The notes under the pieces: generated by a model | The model's database searches: none | Told to the model about the DNA's origin: nothing | What the model saw: the letters and a program-made list of their open reading frames with translations, nothing else | Position numbers and translations under genes: made by a program | Part shown: in pieces, positions 46,509 through 46,636 of the stretch | Position numbering within the stretch: position 1 is the stretch's first letter | Layout of the letters: each line of letters begins with the position of its first letter | Assembly (NCBI GenBank): GCA_030378015.1 | Contig: JAUCGG010000017.1 | Location: 1-46,636 of the forward strand | Length of the DNA: 46,636 nucleotides | Reading direction: 5' to 3' | DNA from: Desulfococcaceae bacterium HSG8 | Lineage (GTDB): Bacteria > Desulfobacterota > Desulfobacteria > Desulfobacterales > 4be13

Positions 46509-46636
46509 CCAGTGATTCAGAAACAAAATTAATAAAAAGACAAAGAAAAAAAATAGCTATGACAAGAAACAGTTACTCTTTCTTCCGGCTCGGAACTGAT
46601 TTTTTCCGGTCCGGGATTTTTTTTCATACCGGTCTG

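Noticed and set aside
46233-46526. Three overlapping minus-strand ORFs (65-97 aa) rich in Cys/His/Lys. Possible CRISPR array also considered.
   Set aside because: They are translations of the ctttgtg/cacaaag tandem hairpin array. The array has no unique spacers between repeats, so it is not CRISPR.
1-46636. Searched for tRNA/rRNA/tmRNA signatures (GGTTCGAATCC-type T-arms, 16S/23S conserved blocks).
   Set aside because: None found by eye. All hairpins belong to dispersed repeat families.

Overview
This 46.6 kb window looks bacterial. PEP-CTERM-like sorting signals, SD-type RBSs and the paralog families suggest a Gram-negative, probably deltaproteobacterial/Desulfobacterota-like organism with a large repeat-rich genome; that taxonomic guess is inference only.

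Gene content:
- Minus strand, 0.4–11.6 kb: an IspH (LytB) enzyme fused to a UbiA-superfamily membrane prenyltransferase, followed by three consecutive hybrid sensor histidine kinases that each begin with a receiver domain. Every intergenic gap between them is packed with palindromic MITE/REP-like elements.
- Plus strand, 13.2–15.7 kb: an 829-aa protein whose N-terminus, length and C-terminal coiled coil match the eukaryotic major vault protein (MVP). A bacterial MVP homolog is the most unexpected gene here.
- 16.3–19.4 kb: a tandem triplicated ~1.15 kb unit encoding DUF2887/Rpn-like (PD-(D/E)XK) proteins. One copy is intact, two carry frameshifts, and a loose fragment sits between copies.
- 19.6–45.6 kb: an apparent cell-surface display locus.
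  - A 1483-aa secreted protein with DUF1566, InlB-B-repeat, metzincin (HEIGHxxxxRH) and BACON-like domains.
  - A 983-aa Thr-rich beta-helix protein.
  - A 5059-aa mosaic protein (SBBP propeller, parallel beta-helix, TSP3 calcium repeats, LamG, FG-GAP, GEVED, SdrD-B-like, NHL, and a 30-aa Cys-rich repeat present 9 times).
  - All three end in dockerin-like Ca-binding duplicated segments.
  - A small secreted protein with a cohesin-like domain and a PEP-CTERM-like (PIP variant) anchor sits between them, suggesting a cohesin–dockerin surface assembly.

Intergenic DNA is saturated with at least 9 families of hairpin/MITE elements. These include nested insertions with a visible 9-bp target-site duplication, and two tandem satellite arrays that abut the stop codon of the giant gene. 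A separate tandem hairpin array lies at the right edge.

No rRNA, tRNA or CRISPR was found. Most plus-strand ORFs in the track that fall inside the big minus-strand genes are frame artefacts of GC-rich repeats.
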